Virus record (IMG/VR): IMGVR_UViG_3300032116_000195
Coordinates: 1-61,112 of that record
DNA: 61,112 nucleotides
Direction: 5' to 3' (one strand)
Source: a virus
Taxonomy: Duplodnaviria; Caudoviricetes
Shown here: positions 31,899-39,710 of the stretch, piece by piece
How the letters are laid out: each line of letters begins with the position of its first letter
Position numbering within the stretch: the stretch's first letter is position 1
The notes under the pieces: model-generated
What the model was told of the DNA's origin: nothing
Seen by the model: only the letters and a program-made list of their open reading frames with translations
Databases searched by the model: none
Position numbers and translations under genes: made by a program

Positions 31899-32826
31899 AT
31901 ACACAGAAACATTAAGTCCGCCCACACCAGAACCAAAATCTGTTGCCAGTGCTGTCGCTAAAATGAGACAGTACATGAGCAAGGCGGATGAGTTCAACTC
32001 TATTGTAGATAAGGCAAAGTCTAAGGGTGCTGATATTACTATGGCCGCAGATCCAAGAAGTTTTGTTTCAAACAAGATGGTAGCAGAAGCTAGAGAGAGA
32101 AGTAAGAAAGGTAAGGCTGGTGGAATCCCTGTTATAGGCGACCCTCTAAATCAGAATACCTGTGCTGCTGGTGTTTGTACAATAGCTGCTAATGCCGGAG
32201 TGAGCTTTGATAAGATGGCTGGAACTCTGCACACTGGTCTGGCAACAGATGAGAAGGGGAGGAAGATACCTCAGTATAACCCACTGTTTGCGGCACAGCT
32301 AAGTAAGTCTGGGTATACTGAATTGAAGCCAGACGAGAAGCCTATGCCCGGTGATTTGGTGCAGTACTTTGAGGCTAATGATACTGGCGCCATGAACCCA
32401 TATCATCTTGAGTTTGTGACAGGCGACAAGGGTGGTGGGAGATACGAGACTTTTAATAACTACGGTTTGTTTAATGAAGGTAAAGGCGAGTCAGAAGTGG
32501 TAGATGCTAGAGGAACCAATGCCAACCAAAGGGGCAGGGTTAGTACGATGAACAGATTCTACAGGCTAACACCAGAGGCTGCAAGAGCTGCAGCTGGTGA
32601 GGAGAACTCTAAGTATATAGAGCAGGCTAACATATTAAGAAACGAGCTTGGGTCTATTAGGCAGAGTGGATTGGATGGGGAAAGTCAGGACACGTTTGCC
32701 GTAATATTTGGCGGACTAAAGAATAAGCAACCTAAGGAAAAGGTTTTAAAGAATGCCCTGCATTTTGCAAAGAATAAAGAATATGTCAAAGCAGTAATAA
32801 ACGAATTATATGCGGAAGGGAACTGA
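31888..32826 (+). CDS. Protein with CHAP/NlpC-P60-like region
   Basis: TCAAGV...PMPGDLVQ...YHLEFV Cys-His arrangement. Confidence 0.5.
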   Translation: MASRYTETLSPPTPEPKSVASAVAKMRQYMSKADEFNSIVDKAKSKGADITMAADPRSFVSNKMVAEARERSKKGKAGGIPVIGDPLNQNTCAAGVCTIAANAGVSFDKMAGTLHTGLATDEKGRKIPQYNPLFAAQLSKSGYTELKPDEKPMPGDLVQYFEANDTGAMNPYHLEFVTGDKGGGRYETFNNYGLFNEGKGESEVVDARGTNANQRGRVSTMNRFYRLTPEAARAAAGEENSKYIEQANILRNELGSIRQSGLDGESQDTFAVIFGGLKNKQPKEKVLKNALHFAKNKEYVKAVINELYAEGN

Positions 32827-32926
32827 GTCAGTAAAGGTAACCTTCGGAAAGAGAAGGAGAGGTAAGGCCCAGAAAAGAAGGGGTCCAAAAGATAAAAAGA
32901 TTTCTAAATACAGAGGGCAAGGATGA
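32810..32926 (+). CDS. Small basic protein (38 aa, not in ORF track)
   Basis: MRKGTESVKVTFGKRRRGKAQKRRGPKDKKISKYRGQG*; its stop overlaps the next ATG (ATGA). Confidence 0.55.
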   Translation: MRKGTESVKVTFGKRRRGKAQKRRGPKDKKISKYRGQG

Positions 32927-33390
32927 AACTATCAGAACACTTAGACTTATCAGAAGTAGTACGCAGTGAATCAGCAAAGAGGAATGGCATCAGCAATATG
33001 CCAACCCCAGAGCACATTGCCAACTTCAAACTATTGGCGGAGAAAGTATTTGAACCAATCCGTAATCACTTCAGATGCCCAATACACATCTCATCAGGAT
33101 ACAGGAGCAAAGAGTTAAACTCAGCAATCGGTGGTTCCGCCACAAGTCAGCACTGTTCGGGGGAAGCCATCGACATCGACATGGACGGATCTCCAAACGG
33201 AGTGAGCAACGCTGATGTGTTCAATCATATTAAAGATAACTTGGCATTTGACCAGCTTATCTGGGAGTTCGGGAGTGATAACAACCCAGACTGGGTTCAT
33301 GTATCCTATGAGTCTTCAGGCAAACAACGCAAACAAATTCTTAAAGCTAAGAGGGTGAACGGTAAAACTGTATACACCCCATATGAATAA
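32923..33390 (+). CDS. Peptidase M15A family endolysin
   Basis: ISSGYRS, SQHCSGEAIDID and WVHVSY Zn-binding motifs. Confidence 0.9.
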   Translation: MKLSEHLDLSEVVRSESAKRNGISNMPTPEHIANFKLLAEKVFEPIRNHFRCPIHISSGYRSKELNSAIGGSATSQHCSGEAIDIDMDGSPNGVSNADVFNHIKDNLAFDQLIWEFGSDNNPDWVHVSYESSGKQRKQILKAKRVNGKTVYTPYE

Positions 33391-33568
33391 TATAACTAGC
33401 TTCATCGGATCTCTGTTGGTTATGGCGATCGCCATAGTCATCTTCTTTATGCTCATGGAAAAGGAAATGCCGCAGTCTAATAGGGAGCTGCTGATTGCAT
33501 TTGTATCTGTACTCTTTGGCGCAATGGCCACATCAATCAAGAAAATAACTGGTGACGATGGCAAATAG
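33383..33568 (+). CDS. Holin-like two-TM protein
   Basis: Two hydrophobic helices in 61 aa, after the endolysin. Confidence 0.5.
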   Translation: MNNITSFIGSLLVMAIAIVIFFMLMEKEMPQSNRELLIAFVSVLFGAMATSIKKITGDDGK

Positions 33569-33755
33569 AATCATTGCAGTAATAGGTGCTATCTGTCTAT
33601 TGGGATTTACTATCTACATGTACACTCGCACCCCCGAACCAATCCAGCCTGAGATCAGATCGATCGACAGTACCTTTATGAAGGCTGACTCTAGTATGCT
33701 CGTCAGGATCAAGAGGGTAGAACGCAGGGTGAAATCTCTGGAGAATGGAAAGTAA
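33558..33755 (+). CDS. Small membrane-anchored protein
   Basis: N-terminal TM segment and C-terminal coiled coil. Confidence 0.5.
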   Translation: MANRIIAVIGAICLLGFTIYMYTRTPEPIQPEIRSIDSTFMKADSSMLVRIKRVERRVKSLENGK

Positions 33756-34011
33756 AAAGTTCCTATCAGAGAACTGGTCAGTCATCGTTGGTGTACTGAC
33801 CGTTTCGTTTGTAGCTGGGGGAGTCCTGTCTGAGTTTAGATTAATGAGGGCAGAGATTGAGGAGCTAAAGAAAGATACATCTATAAAGCTGCAACAGATA
33901 CAAGACAAGGACGATAGGAAGAAAGACTGGCTTGAGGAGCAGGAGCAAAGGATAGATGATCTGGAGGAGTGGAAGAGCTATGTAGAGGGATCAAAGATTC
34001 TCGACAAGTAG
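33745..34011 (+). CDS. Membrane-anchored coiled-coil protein
   Basis: TM segment then charged heptads. Confidence 0.55.
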   Translation: MESKKFLSENWSVIVGVLTVSFVAGGVLSEFRLMRAEIEELKKDTSIKLQQIQDKDDRKKDWLEEQEQRIDDLEEWKSYVEGSKILDK

Positions 34012-34251
34012 CTTTATCTGCAGCAGAAGATCTACTATCTTGACAGCTCTATCGGTCAAGCAATAGACAACGTGTTCGCCATCTACTTTCCTAATCAGGC
34101 CGTCCCTTTCAAGTTCCTTTAGACTTTTGGTCAGCATATTACCACTGACACCCGGCATAAGCTGCTTAATCTTGTTAAATCTGGCAGGCTTATCTCTCAG
34201 TATCATCAGGATAATAGGTTTCCATTTGCCGCCTATCTTCTTCCTTTGCAA
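33991..34251 (-). CDS. HxlR-family winged-helix transcriptional regulator
   Basis: IGGKWKPIIL..RFNKIK..PGVSGNMLTKSLKELERDGLI..VYCLT; start codon uncertain (TTG). Confidence 0.8.
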   Translation of the reverse strand: MQRKKIGGKWKPIILMILRDKPARFNKIKQLMPGVSGNMLTKSLKELERDGLIRKVDGEHVVYCLTDRAVKIVDLLLQIKLLVENL

Positions 34252-34415
34252 CTCTAGTATTTTTGGATCGATCTTTCTGATGCCAGAAATTAACCAAACA
34301 TGCGTCCTTATTGTATACAGAAACTAAAAACAAGTTAGATTAAACTAACCTAAACAATGTCCATAGCCGCTCGGATATCTCTCTATTATAGATATTTGGT
34401 ACATAACAATTAGCT

Positions 34416-34730
34416 ATGGCAATCAAAAAAACCACCACCAAACTTCCAGTTGGAAGGTCAGTACGTGTTGAGTCGGGCGATGTTTTTATTATCCAGAAAG
34501 ACATACCAATGTCTGGATTCAGGTCTATAGGCGCAAGCCTGAGGTATCCATTCTCTGAGATGGCAGCGGGAGAGTCCTTCGAAATGAAGTCTTCAAAGAC
34601 CGAGATTAGAAGGGCAGTATCCAGAGCCAGTGCTGCCTGTGTAAGCTATGTTAAAAAGAATAACAAGGCTGCTAAGTTTACAGTTAGAAGAACTGGTCCT
34701 GATACACTCCGTGTCTGGAGGGTTAAATGA
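34416..34730 (+). CDS. Small basic putative DNA-binding phage protein
   Basis: YPFSEMAAGESF...FTVRR...LRVWRV pattern common in phage proteins. Confidence 0.6.
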   Translation: MAIKKTTTKLPVGRSVRVESGDVFIIQKDIPMSGFRSIGASLRYPFSEMAAGESFEMKSSKTEIRRAVSRASAACVSYVKKNNKAAKFTVRRTGPDTLRVWRVK

Positions 34731-34980
34731 CTAGATCGTCTATGACGATTCCGTGTTCGCTCAGTATGTCATAGATCCTGTCGTAGATCAGATCGAGAGA
34801 GTCGTATGGTGTGAAGTTCTTATCCTCATCCAAAGCTTTCTCGATCTTTATTTGCATACCTTTCTTGGCGTTATGTATTATCTCCCAAAGAGCCAGTGCC
34901 AAGTCAAGAGATTTCACGCAACGCATGTGCGCAAGGCGATCATCTAAGTCGTTGAGATCAAACTCTAAAACTCCTTTCAT
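34723..34980 (-). CDS. Hypothetical phage protein
   Basis: 85-aa ORF at the end of the minus-strand operon. Confidence 0.6.
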   Translation of the reverse strand: MKGVLEFDLNDLDDRLAHMRCVKSLDLALALWEIIHNAKKGMQIKIEKALDEDKNFTPYDSLDLIYDRIYDILSEHGIVIDDLVI

Positions 34981-35197
34981 AGTAGTCGTTTATAAATTTA
35001 ATTTTCCAATCTCCTGTATGCCCATCTTCATCGAGAGCATACATAATAGCTTCGGCAATATGATTCCTTTCTATTGCTTTTGCTTTATTAACTATGTCTA
35101 TTATATCCTCATGCTGTTTAAATGCCCTTTCATCGTCATAAGAAATATAATTAACTAATTGTTCAAATAACCATTCTACTGCCGTTTGTTGTGCCAT
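34958..35197 (-). CDS. MAQQTAVEWL-family small protein
   Basis: Paralog of 35201-35413 and 44702-44950. Confidence 0.7.
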   Translation of the reverse strand: MAQQTAVEWLFEQLVNYISYDDERAFKQHEDIIDIVNKAKAIERNHIAEAIMYALDEDGHTGDWKIKFINDYYERSFRV

Positions 35198-35200
35198 AGT

Positions 35201-35413
35201 TTATTTGTTATAGGTTTCGTTATAATATTCTTCGTTACTAAAGTGAGGGAGAGTGGGATGATTGATGGGCATCTCCTGACCATCAGCAAAGGCTTTTTTT
35301 ATCTGCTCTTTCTCCATTGCTTTGGCTTGTCTTATTAAATCACCATAAAGCATTCTTGCATTTTCTCCTAATACTTCAAATACCAACCATTCAACTGCCG
35401 TTTGTTGTGCCAT
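35201..35413 (-). CDS. MAQQTAVEWL-family small protein
   Basis: Shares the N-terminus and AKAMEKEQI with its paralogs. Confidence 0.7.
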   Translation of the reverse strand: MAQQTAVEWLVFEVLGENARMLYGDLIRQAKAMEKEQIKKAFADGQEMPINHPTLPHFSNEEYYNETYNK

Positions 35414-35416
35414 AGT

Positions 35417-35665
35417 TTATTTGTTGTATGGTGATTTATTCAGAATCTTTGATTTAACACCTTTAAAAAATGCATCATTGAACTGATAGCTTTCAATTTC
35501 AAGAGCATTATCTATTGCTTCCTGCATATCGCCACTGTGTTCTGTGACGTTATACATCATCCATTTTGCTAAAGTTTCCACTGCTGTTAGAGAATTATAC
35601 AATCCATCTTTAGCATCTGCTTCCATGATTTCTTTTAGCATTTTCTTTTGTTCATTCTTTTCCAT
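35417..35665 (-). CDS. Small protein with internal TAVE-like motif
   Basis: 82 aa, ends YNK like the next gene. Confidence 0.6.
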   Translation of the reverse strand: MEKNEQKKMLKEIMEADAKDGLYNSLTAVETLAKWMMYNVTEHSGDMQEAIDNALEIESYQFNDAFFKGVKSKILNKSPYNK

Positions 35666-35852
35666 CGACTATATTTTTTAATTGGTTCCAAATGCTTTCA
35701 GAATTTTCACCCCAGTAATGGTCGCACTTGTCATCTTTGATCGGGGGGTTGAGAAAGTAGGACTGTCTATAGCTAGGTTCTGCGGTGAACCTGTAGCATG
35801 ATTCTTTTGCTGGGCATCCTTCACCCGAGCACATTGTTATGTCCGGCATCAT
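35652..35852 (-). CDS. Small Cys-rich protein
   Basis: DITMCSGEGCPAKESCYRF...C motif. Confidence 0.65.
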   Translation of the reverse strand: MMPDITMCSGEGCPAKESCYRFTAEPSYRQSYFLNPPIKDDKCDHYWGENSESIWNQLKNIVDGKE

Positions 35853-36057
35853 TAATTAGTTTAGACCAAGCTGGATTGTAACTGTCCAGTGGTATTTGTT
35901 TTTTACGTTTGGGTTTACTAGTAAGGTGGTATGCTCTACAGATAGGGCACTTGTATACACGCTTAGGTTTCCTGTGTTCGCCACCCAAGCTGGTGATCTC
36001 TTTAACCCTCTTGACGGCATCTGCCTTGGTTCGGAATTTAGCTTTGTTGCATTGCAT
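35821..36057 (-). CDS. Small Zn-finger-like protein
   Basis: C..K..F...VYKCPICRAYHLTS. Confidence 0.6.
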   Translation of the reverse strand: MQCNKAKFRTKADAVKRVKEITSLGGEHRKPKRVYKCPICRAYHLTSKPKRKKQIPLDSYNPAWSKLINDAGHNNVLG

Positions 36058-36208
36058 CTCTTTGATCGTTTATCCATAACTGCATTGAGTCAAGGACAGC
36101 TGTCTTATCTTCTTGGCTAAGTAACCAGAAGTCTTCTGATATGTTTACTATAGCCACGTCAAGCCTGCCGTCCTTGCTTACTGAATACCTTGCGCTTATT
36201 TCTCTCAT
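36038..36208 (-). CDS. Small hypothetical protein (56 aa, not in ORF track)
   Basis: MREISARYSVSKDGRLDVAIVNISEDFWLLSQEDKTAVLDSMQLWINDQRDAMQQS*; fills the operon gap with an ATGA overlap. Confidence 0.5.
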   Translation of the reverse strand: MREISARYSVSKDGRLDVAIVNISEDFWLLSQEDKTAVLDSMQLWINDQRDAMQQS

Positions 36209-36516
36209 AGTTTGTTTATAAAGTCTTCTAATTTCTTTTTAGTCTTGGAGTCCATGTGAGTTGCACACCTTAGTAGTTCGTCATAGAACAGATGATCTTT
36301 CTCCCGAGCTTCGCTCCTTCGGTCTGAAGGGATCTTCAATTCAATGGCGGTCTTCAGCCACCTCAGCTTGGTGATTACAGGTGGCATGGTCTCTCTAAAT
36401 GCAACATGCTTTTGCTTTAGCAGATCCTCTGCATACATCAGTGCGTTACATATACTGGCGTGCAACAACTCAAATGACTCTGCCTGTGACTCAGTTAACT
36501 TCATTGATGATCTCAT
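36205..36516 (-). CDS. Hypothetical protein
   Basis: 103-aa ORF in the operon. Confidence 0.55.
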   Translation of the reverse strand: MRSSMKLTESQAESFELLHASICNALMYAEDLLKQKHVAFRETMPPVITKLRWLKTAIELKIPSDRRSEAREKDHLFYDELLRCATHMDSKTKKKLEDFINKL

Positions 36517-36730
36517 TTATTTTTGAAAGAACCTGACCGATGACAATACCAATCTGCAAGTCGTTGCCTTCTTCGATGGCTCGGGAGAGAGATACTGATA
36601 TCCCTTTGAGGTCGTCTAGTATGGGGCTCTTGTCAACGAATACGTTTACATCTTGAGCTATAATGTCAACACTTACCTTGTCTGTTACTAATTTGTATTG
36701 TTCGTTATCCCTTAAGTATATATGTGTCAT
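36491..36730 (-). CDS. Hypothetical protein
   Basis: 79-aa ORF in the operon. Confidence 0.55.
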   Translation of the reverse strand: MTHIYLRDNEQYKLVTDKVSVDIIAQDVNVFVDKSPILDDLKGISVSLSRAIEEGNDLQIGIVIGQVLSKINEIINEVN

Positions 36731-37244
36731 AAAGTATTCTTGTGGTTTCTTTTAAATCTTCCAGTGTTCCATTGTTCTCGATGATGGCGTCAAAGTCCCA
36801 GTCGTTTAGTGCGGTCTCAGATGGGTGATCATTCACTGGACCAAAGCCAGTTCTGTTGACCCTGACTATTATTCCGCCATAGTCTTTGATCTCTTGGGCT
36901 TCGTTAGGGAATCTTACGTCAGTGATAACCCACCTTGAATACTGGCTGTGGTCTGCAAACAAAGCATTGACCCAAGCCTTTTCATGGAGGTTGTTTCTAA
37001 TGGCTTCGGTTCCCAGCCGCTGAAGTAACTCCCGAGCTGTCATGTTCCATCCCGGCAGAACCTTTGTCTTGAAATGCTGGTTCTCGAAGTTGTATGCATC
37101 AAAGCCTGTCAACATACTGGCGATATACTTGAGCTTGCCGGAGAACTTCTTCACCTCAAACGTTGGCATCTGCTGCCTGATGAATCTGGCAACCTCGTCC
37201 TTCCCTGACTTTGCATATCCACTGAGTCCAACTAGTTTAATCAT
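36705..37244 (-). CDS. Deoxynucleoside monophosphate kinase (T4 gp1-like)
   Basis: GLSGYAKSGKD P-loop, RELLQRLGTE, ITDVRFPNE and HPSE. Confidence 0.9.
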   Translation of the reverse strand: MIKLVGLSGYAKSGKDEVARFIRQQMPTFEVKKFSGKLKYIASMLTGFDAYNFENQHFKTKVLPGWNMTARELLQRLGTEAIRNNLHEKAWVNALFADHSQYSRWVITDVRFPNEAQEIKDYGGIIVRVNRTGFGPVNDHPSETALNDWDFDAIIENNGTLEDLKETTRILYDTYILKG

Positions 37245-37510
37245 ATTGATCTGTATGTTTTAACTTCCTTTAATTCTAATCTTCCTTCATATTGTGCCAG
37301 TAGCAGAGCTGTCAGGTACTCAGCTTCGTGGTAGTCCAGTACCAGCTCTTGACCAGCGATCTCGATAGTGATATCATCACCGCTATCCAGAATACCAGCC
37401 AGATACTCTCCATCTTTTTGGTTAATGGTAGTTGTCCTGTCTCCTTTCTCGATGGTATACTCCCAGTGTATTGGTCCTTCGTCTATCTTATGTGATACGT
37501 ATACTTGCAT
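37241..37510 (-). CDS. Hypothetical protein
   Basis: 89-aa ORF coupled to the kinase. Confidence 0.55.
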   Translation of the reverse strand: MQVYVSHKIDEGPIHWEYTIEKGDRTTTINQKDGEYLAGILDSGDDITIEIAGQELVLDYHEAEYLTALLLAQYEGRLELKEVKTYRSI

Positions 37511-37524
37511 TTGGTTTGTTTTAG

Positions 37525-37550
37525 AAAGGGGAGGAGTTACCCTCCCCCTT
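37525..37550 (-). terminator. Hairpin/terminator after SSB-like gene
   Basis: Minus strand aagggggagg-gtaact-cctccccctt followed by a short T run. Confidence 0.55.
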
Positions 37551-37553
37551 AAT

Positions 37554-37769
37554 TTAGAATGGTAAGTCGCTTGCTGCTTTTGCTTTTGGTTCGTAGTTGT
37601 CTTCAGTCAGTCTATAGTCTGGAGACTTCTCACCTTCTTTCTTGAAGCCATTAGGCCACATAGTGTAGCGTTTGTCTCCAATAGTTAGAGAGAGAATTTC
37701 TACTTGTCCTTTAGATGTGTTGATCACCTTGCGCCAAGCTGCGCCTACTGATTGGTTTGCTGTACTCAT
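37554..37769 (-). CDS. Small single-stranded DNA-binding-like protein (DUF736-like)
   Basis: VGAAW...LSL...N..K...SPDYR and an acidic-aromatic DLPF tail. Confidence 0.6.
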   Translation of the reverse strand: MSTANQSVGAAWRKVINTSKGQVEILSLTIGDKRYTMWPNGFKKEGEKSPDYRLTEDNYEPKAKAASDLPF

Positions 37770-37794
37770 TGTACTTGTTTTTGGTTATTAAAAA

Positions 37795-38547
37795 TTATTG
37801 TTTCCATTTCCATACATACCCATATGCAGTTAGATGTCCGGGTTTGTTATTTGCACATAGAGATATACTTGAATGGCTCTTTCCGATTGACCTAGCGGCT
37901 GCACATGCTGACTCATACTCAGCCAATAATTCTCCATCTAGAGAATACATTAGTATTCTCTTAGAGAATCTTTCTGTAAACCTTTGTCTCCCTGATATTG
38001 ACTTCCCAGTATTAATTGATGATTCTATCTCATCCCACTCTGGAGTATCACCGTAGTGACAAAAAGTAATTCCCTTACTATGATATTGCTTCTTGTGTAT
38101 ACATGCATGTACTGCACCTCTATTTACTCCTGTAGCAAAGGATGCTTCTGATATGCTCTCAAAAGATCCAATATGATTTTTTGTACTAACATCATATGCA
38201 TCTATCGCGTATGACATCTTAAGTTTAAATGACCTCGATCTTTTTCTTTTAGAATATTCTGAGTCTATTCTGCCAAACGAACCATCGCCACCAAATGTTA
38301 GGTTCACAAGATGTCCAGAATTATCTATTCTCCTACCATAAATAGATATAAAGAATTTCTCCCACTCTTTTGCATCATCTACAGACTCAAACTCTTTTAC
38401 TATATCTATCGTGTATGAAGTTTTACCTACTATGTTTTTCCAAAATTTATTACGAGAAGTCTTTTCGTTCGGCCTGTACTTATCTCCTATACCTACATAA
38501 AATACTTGACCATTATCATCCCTAATATGTTGATATAAGTAGTACAT
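37795..38547 (-). CDS. Free-standing GIY-YIG-like homing endonuclease with NUMOD1-type repeats
   Basis: YLYQHIR..VFYVGIG, LVNLTFGGDG and two F.S..EA HTH repeats ending AYGYVWKW. Confidence 0.8.
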   Translation of the reverse strand: MYYLYQHIRDDNGQVFYVGIGDKYRPNEKTSRNKFWKNIVGKTSYTIDIVKEFESVDDAKEWEKFFISIYGRRIDNSGHLVNLTFGGDGSFGRIDSEYSKRKRSRSFKLKMSYAIDAYDVSTKNHIGSFESISEASFATGVNRGAVHACIHKKQYHSKGITFCHYGDTPEWDEIESSINTGKSISGRQRFTERFSKRILMYSLDGELLAEYESACAAARSIGKSHSSISLCANNKPGHLTAYGYVWKWKQ

Positions 38548-38548
38548 A

Positions 38549-38637
38549 CAAAAACAAAAGCCCCGTCCAGATGCGAGCTGAAACGGGGCGGATTATTACT
38601 AACCCTTAGTCGGCTCGCATTTCGCCTAAGGATTAAT
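38549..38637 (-). promoter_or_regulatory. Double-hairpin kissing-loop leader with terminator-like second hairpin
   Basis: Two stems whose loops (ATGCGAGC and GCTCGCAT) are exact complements; the second stem is followed by a U-tract just before the ATG. Confidence 0.65.
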
Positions 38638-38686
38638 GCAAAGCTCAAAAGATATCTCTGCACATCTCCTTAAAACAGGGGGTGAA

Positions 38687-38830
38687 TTATTTCTTCAGGT
38701 TTATGGTTAAGAAATAATTGAACAGGTAAGCTCCGATCTCAAGGCGTTTGTCTTCCGGATCGTAGAGAAAAGTGAATGTGGGGATGATCATGTATACATC
38801 GATCTCGCCAGCGTCAATAACTAGTTTCAT
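38687..38830 (-). CDS. Small hypothetical protein (47 aa, not in ORF track)
   Basis: MKLVIDAGEIDVYMIIPTFTFLYDPEDKRLEIGAYLFNYFLTINLKK* with an A-rich leader. Confidence 0.5.
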   Translation of the reverse strand: MKLVIDAGEIDVYMIIPTFTFLYDPEDKRLEIGAYLFNYFLTINLKK

Positions 38831-38842
38831 GGTTTGATGATT

Positions 38843-39058
38843 TTATATTCCGAGGTTTAATTGCTTTTCTTTTTTCTTTTTGAATACTGTTACTACCGCA
38901 TCACCGTGCCTTACACTACCTTCCGACAGCCATCCCTCTTCAAGCAGGTCGGCAATAGTCTCTTTTAGCTCCTCAATGCTTCCGCCAGTTATCATGTGTA
39001 ATCCTTCGAGAGACGACTGAGGGTGGTTCGTTAGTATCCTCTTTACTAGTTCTTTCAT
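38843..39058 (-). CDS. Small winged-helix-like protein
   Basis: Helix pattern then LLEEGWL and a beta hairpin. Confidence 0.5.
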   Translation of the reverse strand: MKELVKRILTNHPQSSLEGLHMITGGSIEELKETIADLLEEGWLSEGSVRHGDAVVTVFKKKKEKQLNLGI

Positions 39059-39405
39059 GGTTTAATAATTTGGTTTGTAATTAGTGATTGTATTATCTCT
39101 CTGAAGTCTTCTATATCCATCGCAACTATAGTACCCTTCCTATTCTTTTTATGTAGCACTATATTCCAATTTGTATCCTTTGGCATACTATCAAGAATAT
39201 CATGCATGCTTCCGAGCTTTTCTACAGCTTTGCACTGAACTGATAATGGGTCTGTGTTTGTTAGATCTATACCTTGATCATCCTTCATCTTGGATTCAAA
39301 CCTTGATGTGTTACACTTTTCGAACCCTAGATCACGAAAGAACTTTACCATATCTCTTTCGAATGAATGACCTTTGACTCTTGCTGACTTTCCTTTCGTT
39401 GCCAT
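39055..39405 (-). CDS. Holliday junction resolvase-like PD-(D/E)XK nuclease
   Basis: KGHSFER...GID...VQCK. Confidence 0.7.
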   Translation of the reverse strand: MATKGKSARVKGHSFERDMVKFFRDLGFEKCNTSRFESKMKDDQGIDLTNTDPLSVQCKAVEKLGSMHDILDSMPKDTNWNIVLHKKNRKGTIVAMDIEDFREIIQSLITNQIIKP

Positions 39406-39710
39406 ATTCTTCCTGTTTTATGTAGCTCTTCAATCGTTGACCAGCTTACAGATTCATGAAAGACTGTAGGGTGGAACTCATTCTTTCTGTATACCTGCTG
39501 CATGTAGTATGTCTTGTTGGGTTGTATATCTTCTAGCTTTGTTGGTTCTAGAAGGTTCTCCCCCGAACTGTCCTCCACATACTCAAGCCATTGACCTCCG
39601 TTATTGAACGTCCTCCAGTTCTCCTTAAAGAGAATCTGCAAGTGAGGCGAAACCTTGGATGTCTTTGTTCGTGATCGGCTGGCCGATGAACTTCGTCTTG
39701 TCGCTGCCAT
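39345..39710 (-). CDS. Hypothetical protein (true start probably downstream of 39625)
   Basis: Fills the gap between helicase and resolvase. Confidence 0.4.
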   Translation of the reverse strand: MAATRRSSSASRSRTKTSKVSPHLQILFKENWRTFNNGGQWLEYVEDSSGENLLEPTKLEDIQPNKTYYMQQVYRKNEFHPTVFHESVSWSTIEELHKTGRIWQRKESQQESKVIHSKEIW

